Assembly: GCA_964632485.1 (NCBI GenBank)
Contig: CAZWDO010000026.1
Coordinates: 1-43,498, forward strand
From: an uncultured bacterium
GTDB taxonomy: Bacteria; JAGOEH01
DNA: 43,498 nt
Direction: 5' to 3'
Each line of letters begins with the position of its first letter. The first letter of the stretch is position 1. The position numbers and the translations under genes were made by a program. Below the pieces are notes generated by a model. The model saw only the letters and a list, made by a program, of their open reading frames with translations, was not told the origin of the DNA and ran no database searches. Positions 19,218 through 28,257 of this stretch are shown here, in pieces.

Positions 19218-20277
19218 GGGTTTTCTCCGCTTCAGGTGTTTCGCCGGGAATAACTTCCTGGACCGAGAAACCGGTTTGATCTGGTTCATCTATGGCGGCT
19301 TTCGGTATCTCAAGAGGCGCCGCCGTAGTATTGACAAAATTTAAGCCCTTTTCCCATAACTCGCGACGGCGTTCATACACACGGAAAAATTTGGCAAACT
19401 TGACCAGATCGCTTTCATCCAATAGGTCTTCGAGATAGGCGTAATGTTCTTTTTGTTGAATATCGTCAATTTCTTGCAGTAAAGGGAGCAGATCGAAGGT
19501 CGGATTTTCCAGCGCCGGTACACAGAATCGTTCTTCGAGATAGCGTCGAATCGTGTAGGACAATTCAATATAAAATTCTTTGCACCGGGAATCGTCAGCC
19601 AGCAGCGTGGTGCCAATACGGCTTAGCGCCTCACGGGCGGTAACATCGGCGGGGACTGCTGGTCCTTCGTCGTCGGCGCGCAACTTGCGGTATTTTCGGT
19701 AAAAGTACCAGACGGCCAATCCAGCGCCGAGTAAAAGCGCTAAACCGCCAAACGCATAGTACCAGGGCCGGTAATCGTAAGGAACACTCAGTGGAGGTTT
19801 GATCGCGCGGATATCCTGAGCCGTATCGCCTCCCAGGCTTTGCACGTCGAGACGTTGCGCCTCGGTACTGATCTCTTGGGGCTGTTTGTCAGGCGAGAGA
19901 TAATGGATGGTTACCGGCGGAAATATGAACGTCCCGGTAAAAAATGTCGTCAACACATAACGATAGGTAATACTCCGTATGCTGTCGTTAAGCTGTACAA
20001 TTTTGCCTTCCTGAAAATCTTTAATCTCAAAATGTCCCAGGTCTTTACCCGGCTCCGGACGCTGAACCTCAATGCCTGAACCGAACTGAACGATAATTTT
20101 GTAAACGATTGTATCCCCTATGGTAATAATCGAGCGATCGATTTCTGTCAGGAGTTTGATATTCGCGGGGGAATCGATAGCCGTCGATTGCGCCTTGGCC
20201 GGGAACGCGGCTATCAGGTGCAGTATGACGAATAATACGCTACGTGTGATTATCGGCGAAATGGATTTGCGGATCAA
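19207..20277 (-). CDS. bat-operon membrane protein (BatD-like N-domain, TM, cytoplasmic helical domain)
   Basis: Signal peptide, 'ITIGDTI.Y', 'DIRAIKPP', TM, 'FYIELSYTIRRYLEERF', 'SDLVKFAK'. Typical of the gene between DUF58 and batA. Confidence 0.8.
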   Translation of the reverse strand: MIRKSISPIITRSVLFVILHLIAAFPAKAQSTAIDSPANIKLLTEIDRSIITIGDTIVYKIIVQFGSGIEVQRPEPGKDLGHFEIKDFQEGKIVQLNDSIRSITYRYVLTTFFTGTFIFPPVTIHYLSPDKQPQEISTEAQRLDVQSLGGDTAQDIRAIKPPLSVPYDYRPWYYAFGGLALLLGAGLAVWYFYRKYRKLRADDEGPAVPADVTAREALSRIGTTLLADDSRCKEFYIELSYTIRRYLEERFCVPALENPTFDLLPLLQEIDDIQQKEHYAYLEDLLDESDLVKFAKFFRVYERRRELWEKGLNFVNTTAAPLEIPKAAIDEPDQTGFSVQEVIPGETPEAEKTHVA

Positions 20278-21264
20278 TTACAATTTCTCCTGATAAATTT
20301 TAACCTGTTGTTGTTGCATGAGTTGTTGGACATAATTCTGATAAAGGACTGATTGTTTTTCCCTGACATACTCTTGGGCGACCTGCTGCGCGATTGTTTC
20401 AAATGGCGCGGGTTGACCGGTATTAGGATCTTTATAGCGGTCGCGGTTGGCATCATAATAGAGTTTAACATCTTCAGGTTTGACGTCCTGAAGCTGTTTA
20501 CCGATTTGCAACTGAAGAAGCTGCTGCACTAAAATCATTTTTTCTGCTTCGTCCAACGCTTTTCTCACTTCCGGATCATTTTGCAACTGCGCCCGTTGAG
20601 CAGATTCAAAGAGTATTTCTGTTACGATATATTCCGTCAGAATTTCTTGTCGGGCTTGAGGTGTGGTAATATTTTTTTGAACACTTTCCGGCAGCCGTTT
20701 TAAATAGTCCATGAATTCGCCATAATTAATTTTCCGGTCATTAAACTCGGCCACAATGGTGGAATGATCGGCCGGTTTGTAATTTGCATCGGCGCTGCTG
20801 GTAAACCTCGCCAGTTCCTGTCGGGCATCCAGAGATTTGTTGCAGCGTTCCAGGCAGGCAACAATCCGTTTGTTTACCTCTGCCATGGCAGAGAAATCGG
20901 GGTAATTGATCTGGACGCGATAGTAAGAACTCAGCGCATTTTCATAATCATGCAGATTTTCCTGGAAGATTGTGCCGATTTGGTAATAAAGATTGGCGCT
21001 TTGTTTTTTGTTGATTTTATAAAGGGTAGTCAGTTCGCGGTACGCATCGATGGCCTGGCTGTACAATCCTTTGTTCAGCAATGTATTGGCATACTCTTTG
21101 TGCAATTCGAAATCGCGGCTGTTGATTTTTAACTGCGGCGAATAGAAAAAAAACTGATACACAAATATGATAATCAGCAAAAGAAGAGAACCAATCGAGG
21201 CATAGGTGGAAAAGGCTTGTTTTTTAGAGAGATGGCGAGAAGCCGGGTGCACTTCATTTTGCAT
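20278..21264 (-). CDS. Membrane-anchored TPR protein fused to a PrsA/SurA-like chaperone (NC) domain
   Basis: N-terminal TM, TPRs ('YYQIGTIFQENLHDYENALSSYYRV'), then 'IVAEFNDRKINYGEF...NDPEV...EDVKLYYDAN..Y...PFETI..QV'. Confidence 0.7.
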   Translation of the reverse strand: MQNEVHPASRHLSKKQAFSTYASIGSLLLLIIIFVYQFFFYSPQLKINSRDFELHKEYANTLLNKGLYSQAIDAYRELTTLYKINKKQSANLYYQIGTIFQENLHDYENALSSYYRVQINYPDFSAMAEVNKRIVACLERCNKSLDARQELARFTSSADANYKPADHSTIVAEFNDRKINYGEFMDYLKRLPESVQKNITTPQARQEILTEYIVTEILFESAQRAQLQNDPEVRKALDEAEKMILVQQLLQLQIGKQLQDVKPEDVKLYYDANRDRYKDPNTGQPAPFETIAQQVAQEYVREKQSVLYQNYVQQLMQQQQVKIYQEKL

Positions 21265-21278
21265 GGATACTCCTTGGT

Positions 21279-22277
21279 CTAAGCGCGTTTGGCTCGTTTT
21301 CTGAAGAAATCGATTAGTGTGTTCACATAGGGTCGGTCTGATTGCAGATTAATAAGATCGATGGAATTGCGTTTAAAGAAACGGTTGAGCAGGTCTAATT
21401 CCAGCCGGCTTTGACGGGTGAATTCATCCCTGATGATTGCATTTTTAGTATCAATGAGAATCTCTTCGCCGGTTTCGGCATCTTCCAGTTCGATATACCC
21501 GACATTTGGCAATTCCATTTCGCGGGGATCGCGGATGGTCATCGCGATTAAATCGTGTTTGCGGGCGGTCAATTTTAGGTTTTTTTCGAAATTGGGGGCG
21601 ATGAAATCGGAGATCAGGAAGGCTACTACCCGGCGTTTGGCTACCTGGTTGAAGAAATCAAGGGCGGCATTGATATTCGTGCCCTTGTGAGAAGGTTTGA
21701 AATAGAGCAGTTCACGCACTAAACGCAATACGTGGGTACGACCTTTTTTGGGCGGAATGTATTTTTCGACCTGGTCGGTGAAAATAATCATGCCAACTTT
21801 GTCATTATTTTTAATGGCTGAAAAGGCCAGCAGAGCGCATACTTCTACGGCGATTTCTCCCTTGAGCTGATGATGAGAGCCGAATTCGCCGGACGATGAA
21901 GCGTCAACCAGCAGCATGAGAGTCAGTTCCCGCTCCTCTTCGAACACTTTGACAAAGGGATGACCCATCCGGGCCGTCACGTTCCAGTCGATGGAACGGA
22001 TATCATCGCCGAACTGGTAGTTACGGACTTCGGCGAATTCCATGCCGCGGCCTTTGAAGACGCTATGGTATTCCCCGGAAAACACATCATTGACTAAGGA
22101 CCGGGTGCGGATTTCGATTTGCCGCACGCGTTTGAGGATTTCCCGCGGAATCAGTCCCTGCTCTTCACGGGCGCGGCTGCTGAAAAATAGCCGCTGCTGT
22201 TTTAGTACCAGGGCTATAAATGTAATAATTAAACCCAGGGCCAAAAATGTGATTAAAAGTAAAAGGCCAATATTCAT
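21279..22277 (-). CDS. DUF58 (vWA-like) protein with an N-terminal TM extension
   Basis: 'GEYHSVFKGRGMEFAEVRNYQFGDDIRSIDWNVTAR', 'FEEEREL', 'LISDF'. Start set at MNIGL. Confidence 0.92.
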   Translation of the reverse strand: MNIGLLLLITFLALGLIITFIALVLKQQRLFFSSRAREEQGLIPREILKRVRQIEIRTRSLVNDVFSGEYHSVFKGRGMEFAEVRNYQFGDDIRSIDWNVTARMGHPFVKVFEEERELTLMLLVDASSSGEFGSHHQLKGEIAVEVCALLAFSAIKNNDKVGMIIFTDQVEKYIPPKKGRTHVLRLVRELLYFKPSHKGTNINAALDFFNQVAKRRVVAFLISDFIAPNFEKNLKLTARKHDLIAMTIRDPREMELPNVGYIELEDAETGEEILIDTKNAIIRDEFTRQSRLELDLLNRFFKRNSIDLINLQSDRPYVNTLIDFFRKRAKRA

Positions 22278-22293
22278 GGATACATCCCGCGCA

Positions 22294-23286
22294 TTAAGGC
22301 ACTTCGATTTGGTTGAGAATTTTGCGGACAATGTCATCGCAAGAGATTTCCTCAGCTTCGGCTTCATACGAAAGGATAACGCGATGCCGCAACACGTCCA
22401 GGCCAATCGCGCGGATATCTTCGGGGATGACGTAGCCGCGGCGATGCAAAAATGCATGGGCTTTTGCTGCCCGCGCCAGATTAATGGTCGCGCGCGGTGA
22501 AGCGCCGTAGGCAATAAAATTCACGATCTCCTTGAGTTGAAACTGGGCCGGCTGGCGCGTCGCAAACACAATATCCACAATATAGCGCTCGATTTTTTCA
22601 TCAACATACACCTGCTCGACCAGTTGCTGCGCCTTGATTAGCTTTTCAGGAGTAATTAATTTTTTCAGTCCGAAATCATGCACTACCGCCATGCGACGTA
22701 AAATCTCCAATTCTTCATCCCGCGAGGGATAGTCTAATAAAAGCTTCAGCATAAAACGGTCGATTTGCGCTTCGGGCAACGGGTAAGTGCCTTCCTGTTC
22801 AATGGGGTTCTGAGTGGCCATCACCAGGAATAGATCCGGTAACGGGAAGGTTTCCTTGCCAATCGAGACCTGCCGTTCCTGCATCGCTTCCAAGAGCGCG
22901 CTTTGGACCTTGGCTGGAGCGCGGTTGATCTCGTCTGCTAATATTAAATTGTTGAAAATCGGGCCTTTTTGGGTTACGAATTCCCCGTTTTTCTGATTAT
23001 AAATCAAGGTGCCGATTAAATCTGCCGGCAAAAGGTCGGGTGTGAATTGGAGCCGTTGGAATCCCGCCTGGATAATCTCGGAAAAGGTGCTGATCGTTAG
23101 TGTCTTGGCTAAACCCGGTACTCCTTCTAAAAGAATATGGCCGCGCGTCAACAGCGCGATCAATATTCGCTCCACCATATATTTTTGACCGACAATCACT
23201 TTTCCGACTTCATCCAGTATCTCCTGGATGAAAGCGCTTTCGGCTTTGATACGTTCATTCAGTATTTTGATTTCTTCACCTGTCAT
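22294..23286 (-). CDS. MoxR-family AAA+ ATPase
   Basis: 'HILLEGVPGLAKT', 'QFTPDLLPAD', 'LADEINRAPAKVQSALLEAMQE', 'TQNPIEQEGTYPLPEAQIDRF', 'GASPRA'. Confidence 0.97.
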   Translation of the reverse strand: MTGEEIKILNERIKAESAFIQEILDEVGKVIVGQKYMVERILIALLTRGHILLEGVPGLAKTLTISTFSEIIQAGFQRLQFTPDLLPADLIGTLIYNQKNGEFVTQKGPIFNNLILADEINRAPAKVQSALLEAMQERQVSIGKETFPLPDLFLVMATQNPIEQEGTYPLPEAQIDRFMLKLLLDYPSRDEELEILRRMAVVHDFGLKKLITPEKLIKAQQLVEQVYVDEKIERYIVDIVFATRQPAQFQLKEIVNFIAYGASPRATINLARAAKAHAFLHRRGYVIPEDIRAIGLDVLRHRVILSYEAEAEEISCDDIVRKILNQIEVP

Positions 23287-23298
23287 GGGTTCCTCCAC

Positions 23299-24195
23299 TT
23301 AGTTGATTGGGTAATCAAATTCAGTTATTTCTTTGGCTTTAAAGAGCAGGTCGGCGCTTTCAGGAGAGCCGATGGGATTGGCGGAATAATTGATCATCTC
23401 ACATTGATCGAAAAAATCCTGGATTTCAATCAATTGAGAATCGCCCATTCCTTTTTGACGCAAAAATTCAACAATAGCGCGTCCGTTTACCCCGGGGGAT
23501 AGCCCGAGAATATCCCGCAAATACTGCAAAACCATCCGATAGGCGCGTTCGACCTTTTCCCGCGGATCATATTTTAGAGCATCTAAATCCTTCAACGCGT
23601 TCAAAACAGTAGCGCGAATGTCGTTGGGCTGTTCACCTTCAACCAAATTTCCCGAGGGGGATTGGGATTTCTTGCGATAAATCCAGAACCCCAGCCCGCC
23701 AATGAAAGCCAGGCCGACTAACAGAATGTAAGCCAGGGCAAACGATGTCTCTTCCTGAATGGAAGATTCTATAATCTTGATACTCAAACGTTGAGTCAGC
23801 ATCGTTTCGCTGAGTCCTGACGCTATTTCCTGATATCCGGTTTTTATAGGTTCGATGTAGCCCATTCCGATACTTTTAGGTTTGAGATAATAAAGAGTGG
23901 AAACAATCCGTTCCCCGGGGGTGGATTCAATGCTGGAACCGGACCCGCAAATGGTAAAGTTGGAAACCTCAGGGATGGCCGGTTGGAATAGTTCGATCGC
24001 TTCATGGTTCCCGCGAATATACATTTTTACCGCCAGAAGTACCGAATCATTCATGGGAACTTCCGTAAGGTTGACCCAGGTTTCAATCCGCACTTCACCC
24101 TGGAACGGGGCAATTGTTTTTTGTTCCACCAAAGTTGTATCGGCATATAAGTGAATAAAAAACAGTAAAAACAGAAAAATCCAGACAGGTTTCAA
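23299..24195 (-). CDS. BatD-like single-domain membrane protein, first gene of the bat operon
   Basis: TTG start after AAGGAG, signal peptide, Ig-like domain ('YYLKPKSIGMGYIEP'), TM, cytoplasmic tail resembling the BatD C-terminus ('FFDQCEMINYS'). Confidence 0.65.
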   Translation of the reverse strand: MKPVWIFLFLLFFIHLYADTTLVEQKTIAPFQGEVRIETWVNLTEVPMNDSVLLAVKMYIRGNHEAIELFQPAIPEVSNFTICGSGSSIESTPGERIVSTLYYLKPKSIGMGYIEPIKTGYQEIASGLSETMLTQRLSIKIIESSIQEETSFALAYILLVGLAFIGGLGFWIYRKKSQSPSGNLVEGEQPNDIRATVLNALKDLDALKYDPREKVERAYRMVLQYLRDILGLSPGVNGRAIVEFLRQKGMGDSQLIEIQDFFDQCEMINYSANPIGSPESADLLFKAKEITEFDYPIN

Positions 24196-24450
24196 ACGGC
24201 GCTCCTTGATTGAGTTTTGCTTATTAACTCAAAAATAATGCAAAATGTTCCAAAAAAGATAATTTCTGTTCCACATATTGCATGATTACCCTATTAGTTT
24301 TTCTTTCTTTCGGGGGTTTTCCCAATCGGCATGAACCTCTATTTTTAAAATATAAGGTCCAATCCCAATGGTCTGAGCGACTCAAATAAAAAAATGGTTT
24401 ATCTTGTGAGCGTTTAAACTAAAAACTCAACTTAATCAAGGAGCGTTAAA

Positions 24451-26766
24451 ATGAATCGTTTATCCGTCACGCATTGGAAACTGGCTTTTCAGATGATTTT
24501 TTTGGTAGTCAGTCTGGTTAAACTGGTTTGGGCAGAACCTGTGGGGGTAATTAATGGAGTTGTGCTGGATCGGGAAACGCAGACCCCATTAATCGGGGCC
24601 AATGTCCTATTAGTAAATACAGTATGGGGCGCAACCAGCGACGAAAATGGTAATTTCGTGATAGAACGGGTTCCGGTGGGATCCTGGTCGTTGCAATTCC
24701 GTTTCATCGGGTATGAGACGGTAACTAAAACGGATGTGATTGTGCGACCCAACCGCTTTAGTGAAGTCAATGCCGTCATGAAAGAAATGTTGATTGAGCG
24801 GGAGGCGGTGACAGTTACTGCGGGCTATTTTTCTCAGTCGGGGGATGAAGGCGGCAGTTCGGTGGTTTTCGGACGCGAGGAAATCCGCCGGGCGCCGGGT
24901 TCTGCGGGAGATGTCAGTCGTATTATGATGAGTCTTCCTTCGATAGCCAAAGTGAATGATCAATCCAATAGCCTGATTGTGAGGGGCGGTAGTCCGATGG
25001 AAAACGCCTTTTATGTGGACAATATTGAAATTCCCAATATTAACCATTTCCCGACCCAGGGAGCCTCCGGGGGACCGATAGGATTGTTGAATGTCGATCT
25101 GATTGAGGATGTTCAATTCTATAGCGGCGGATTCTCCTCTATTTATGGTAATCGGATGTCTTCCATTATGGATATTCAGTTTCGCCAGGGTAACGAAAAA
25201 GAATTTGATGGTCAATTAGACTTGAATTTTTCGGGATTTGGCGCCGTACTTGAAGGTCCTTTACCGGGACGATGGGGAACCTGGATTTTTTCCGCCCGGC
25301 GCAGTTATCTCGATTTATTGGTTAAATCGTTTGATTTAGGTACGTCAATCGCCCCTGTTTATGGCGATCTTCAATTCAAATCTACTTTAAAGCTTTCATC
25401 CGCGCATCAACTGACTTTTTTGGGGATTTGGGCGGATGATCATAACCAACCGGATCATAAAACCGCGCTCGAAAATCAGATGCAGTATTTTGGCGCCCAG
25501 GATATTAATCAAACCACAGTCGGGATTAATTGGCGGGGAGTTTGGGGACCGGTGGGATTCTCCAACACTTCACTGAGCATGGCCGGAACGAGCTATAAAG
25601 AGGATATAGCCCGGAGTTCCGATCAGGCGCCCTTGATGAATAACGACTCACGGGAGATGACCTATACATTGCGTCATGTCAGCCGGTTACGAATTTTCCC
25701 GCGTTTAATGCTGGAGGCGGGTGGAGAACTTAAGGCGTTTCGATCTGAATATAACAATCGGTACCAGGATTTAAAATCACCGGATGGACAATCGATTCCG
25801 GATCTGGTTTTACGGAATGATTTTCAGAATAATTTAATTTCATCGTACATGAATTTAAGTCTCACGCTGCCTGTGAATTGGACAATTACTGGCGGTTTGC
25901 GGTATGATTATCAAACCCAAGCGCGGAAGAGTCTGCTATCACCCCGGTTGAACCTGAGCTGGCAAGCGGGGCCGCGGACGACTTTGAATCTGTCCTGGGG
26001 ACGCTTTTATCAGATTCTACCAACGTTATTTCAGGCTCAAATGCCGATGGTGGTTCGGTTTGACCCCCCGCGCGCGACTCACGCGATTTTCGGGTTCCAT
26101 TATTTGCTGACCGAAAATACCCGGTTAAGTATTGAAACTTATTATAAAACCTATCGGAAGCTGCCGTTAGATTCTCTCCAGCCCGCAAATTCTATCCTGG
26201 ATGAGATTGTCTATGGATATGGATTTTTTTTGACGCATGAGCATTTAATCAATAGTGGACAAGCCGATGCGCGTGGGATTGAATGGACAATTCAAAAGAA
26301 ACTGGCCACTCATTTCTATGGATTGATGTCCGGTTCTATCTCGCAAAGCCGTTACCGGGATTTAACAGGCAAATGGCGAAATCGCAGTTATGATAATCGT
26401 TTTATTTTCAGTATCGAAGGTGGGTACAAACCCAATTCTCGCTGGGAATTCAGTTCCCGCTGGCTTTTCGCGGGCGGCGCGCCTTATACGCCCATGGATT
26501 TAATAAAATCCGCTCAGCAGAACGATGCAGTTTATGATGACACAAAGATTAATGCTAACCGTTATCCGGATTATCATTCATTAAACATTCGCTTCGATCG
26601 GCGGTTTCATTTTAAAGAATCAAATTTGGTACTTTATATTAGCGTCTGGAACCTCTATAATCGAAAGAATGTGGCGACCTGGTACTGGAATCCCATGACA
26701 AAACAGCAGGACGCGATTTATCAATGGCAAATGCTACCGATTTTTGGTCTGGAATATGAGTTTTAA
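24451..26766 (+). CDS. TonB-dependent receptor with an N-terminal carboxypeptidase-regulatory-like domain
   Basis: 'GVVLDRETQTPLIGANV', plug 'LIVRGGSPMEN...NHF', 'GGFSSIYG', C-terminal 'PIFGLEYEF'. Confidence 0.95.
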   Translation: MNRLSVTHWKLAFQMIFLVVSLVKLVWAEPVGVINGVVLDRETQTPLIGANVLLVNTVWGATSDENGNFVIERVPVGSWSLQFRFIGYETVTKTDVIVRPNRFSEVNAVMKEMLIEREAVTVTAGYFSQSGDEGGSSVVFGREEIRRAPGSAGDVSRIMMSLPSIAKVNDQSNSLIVRGGSPMENAFYVDNIEIPNINHFPTQGASGGPIGLLNVDLIEDVQFYSGGFSSIYGNRMSSIMDIQFRQGNEKEFDGQLDLNFSGFGAVLEGPLPGRWGTWIFSARRSYLDLLVKSFDLGTSIAPVYGDLQFKSTLKLSSAHQLTFLGIWADDHNQPDHKTALENQMQYFGAQDINQTTVGINWRGVWGPVGFSNTSLSMAGTSYKEDIARSSDQAPLMNNDSREMTYTLRHVSRLRIFPRLMLEAGGELKAFRSEYNNRYQDLKSPDGQSIPDLVLRNDFQNNLISSYMNLSLTLPVNWTITGGLRYDYQTQARKSLLSPRLNLSWQAGPRTTLNLSWGRFYQILPTLFQAQMPMVVRFDPPRATHAIFGFHYLLTENTRLSIETYYKTYRKLPLDSLQPANSILDEIVYGYGFFLTHEHLINSGQADARGIEWTIQKKLATHFYGLMSGSISQSRYRDLTGKWRNRSYDNRFIFSIEGGYKPNSRWEFSSRWLFAGGAPYTPMDLIKSAQQNDAVYDDTKINANRYPDYHSLNIRFDRRFHFKESNLVLYISVWNLYNRKNVATWYWNPMTKQQDAIYQWQMLPIFGLEYEF

Positions 26767-26993
26767 AAAGCTAACTCTTTCAGCGAAAACGCAAAAACTA
26801 CCTTGACGCTTGGAATATCCATGATATGACCTGAAATTTCCCGCAGCTTGAGCCAATATCGGGGCTTCACACAACGCCCATTCTGCTTGGCTGATGGGCG
26901 CTCTAAGCCTTGATGATACTAATAATTAATGTATAATAATTGGGTTTTTATCCTGATTGATGCTCATAGCGCTTGCGGATTGAATGATTTTAC

Positions 26994-27022
26994 TTGACAG
27001 ACGGCCATCTCTTTGTTATATT
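26994..27022 (+). promoter_or_regulatory. sigma70-type promoter placed for leaderless initiation
   Basis: TTGACA-N17-TATATT with an extended TG. The -10 ends 6 nt before the ATG at 27029. Confidence 0.6.
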
Positions 27023-27028
27023 TTTCGT

Positions 27029-28213
27029 ATGATCGAAATCGGATGGCTGCAAATCATTCTTCTTTTAGCTGCCGGCCAGAGTATTTTACTGGCCTTCGGG
27101 TTGTATCAAAAATACCGGCATTTATTGGCGAATCGGTTTCTTATGGCCTTGTTGCTGGGCTATACATTCATTTTTCTCCATCTTGTGGCCAATGATCTGG
27201 GTTATCTGACCGATAATGCCTATATTATTTCGTTGATGCTATTGGTTCCTTTCGCTTCCAATACACTCCATTTTTTATATACCCGTTATCTGATAAGGCC
27301 TTCGGATCATTTTTCCCGCCGGGATTATATCCACTTCCTTCCCATTCTGCTGTTGGGGCTATTAACTCTGTGTGTATATGGATTGAACCTGCCTGCTCCG
27401 GTGGAACTTAGTTTGGGCGCTTCAAATCGATCTGGTTTTCCCCGGTTTGTGGTGATCAATTGGCTGATGATTTTGCATGCGTACTTATATCTGGGACAAA
27501 CGATGCGGTTGCTGGGGCGTTATGACCGGGAAATTCGCTCGAATTTTTCCACTATCGAACAGATCCAGCTCAACTGGCTTAAATTGATTTCCTGGTTTAT
27601 ATTGAGCGCCTGGAGCATTTTTTTTCTGGAAAACTTACTGTTGCTAGCGGATTTTAGTTTATCCGGCTTTGCGCTTCCCACTTTTATGATGGCGGTTTAT
27701 ATCTACATTATTGGATATATGGCCTGGTTCAAATCTGAAATTTTCCAAAAAGGCGATACAACCGTTTCGTTACAGCAACTTCCCATGAACCAACCGAACT
27801 CAGGCGAAGAAGAATCAGTCCCTGTGGCCTCTGCAATTGCTGAAAAATATCAGAAATCAGGATTGACCCGGGAAAAGATGGAAGAATACGCCCGGCAGTT
27901 GCTGGACTATATGAATAAGCATAAACCGTATCGCGAAGCGACCCTGAATTTGAATCAACTCGCGCTGCAGGTCAATATGCGTCCGTATCATCTTTCCGAA
28001 GTTTTAAACGTCCATTTTCAGAAAAATTTTTATGATTTTGTGAATCAGTTCCGTGTAGAAGAAGTTAAAAATAACTTAATCGACCCCCGTGTCAAAAATC
28101 TGACGATACTGGCGATTGCCTTTGAAGCCGGTTTCAACTCAAAAGCCGGTTTTAATACGATATTTAAAAAGTTATGCGGCATGACGCCGTCCCAATACCG
28201 GGAAAATCATTAA
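27029..28213 (+). CDS. Membrane-embedded AraC-family transcriptional regulator
   Basis: About 7 N-terminal TM helices; 'KYQKSGL', 'HLSEVLN...NFYDFVNQFRVEE', 'IAFEAGFNSKAGFN.IFKK..GMTPSQYR'. Confidence 0.93.
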   Translation: MIEIGWLQIILLLAAGQSILLAFGLYQKYRHLLANRFLMALLLGYTFIFLHLVANDLGYLTDNAYIISLMLLVPFASNTLHFLYTRYLIRPSDHFSRRDYIHFLPILLLGLLTLCVYGLNLPAPVELSLGASNRSGFPRFVVINWLMILHAYLYLGQTMRLLGRYDREIRSNFSTIEQIQLNWLKLISWFILSAWSIFFLENLLLLADFSLSGFALPTFMMAVYIYIIGYMAWFKSEIFQKGDTTVSLQQLPMNQPNSGEEESVPVASAIAEKYQKSGLTREKMEEYARQLLDYMNKHKPYREATLNLNQLALQVNMRPYHLSEVLNVHFQKNFYDFVNQFRVEEVKNNLIDPRVKNLTILAIAFEAGFNSKAGFNTIFKKLCGMTPSQYRENH

Positions 28214-28223
28214 AATTTATTAC

Positions 28224-28251
28224 TTGCTTATTTTTAAAATTCTGCTACATT
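28224..28251 (+). promoter_or_regulatory. Putative promoter of the second MoxR operon (leaderless geometry)
   Basis: TTGCTT-N16-TACATT with a TG extension. The -10 ends 6 nt before ATG 28258. Confidence 0.4.
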
Positions 28252-28257
28252 ATCAGT

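Noticed and set aside
21279-22514. Upstream extensions of track ORFs (also 13868, 16396, 19289, 28174, 29268, 40921, 42750)
   Set aside because: They overlap neighbouring genes or precede signal peptides. Downstream starts with RBS or coupling fit better.
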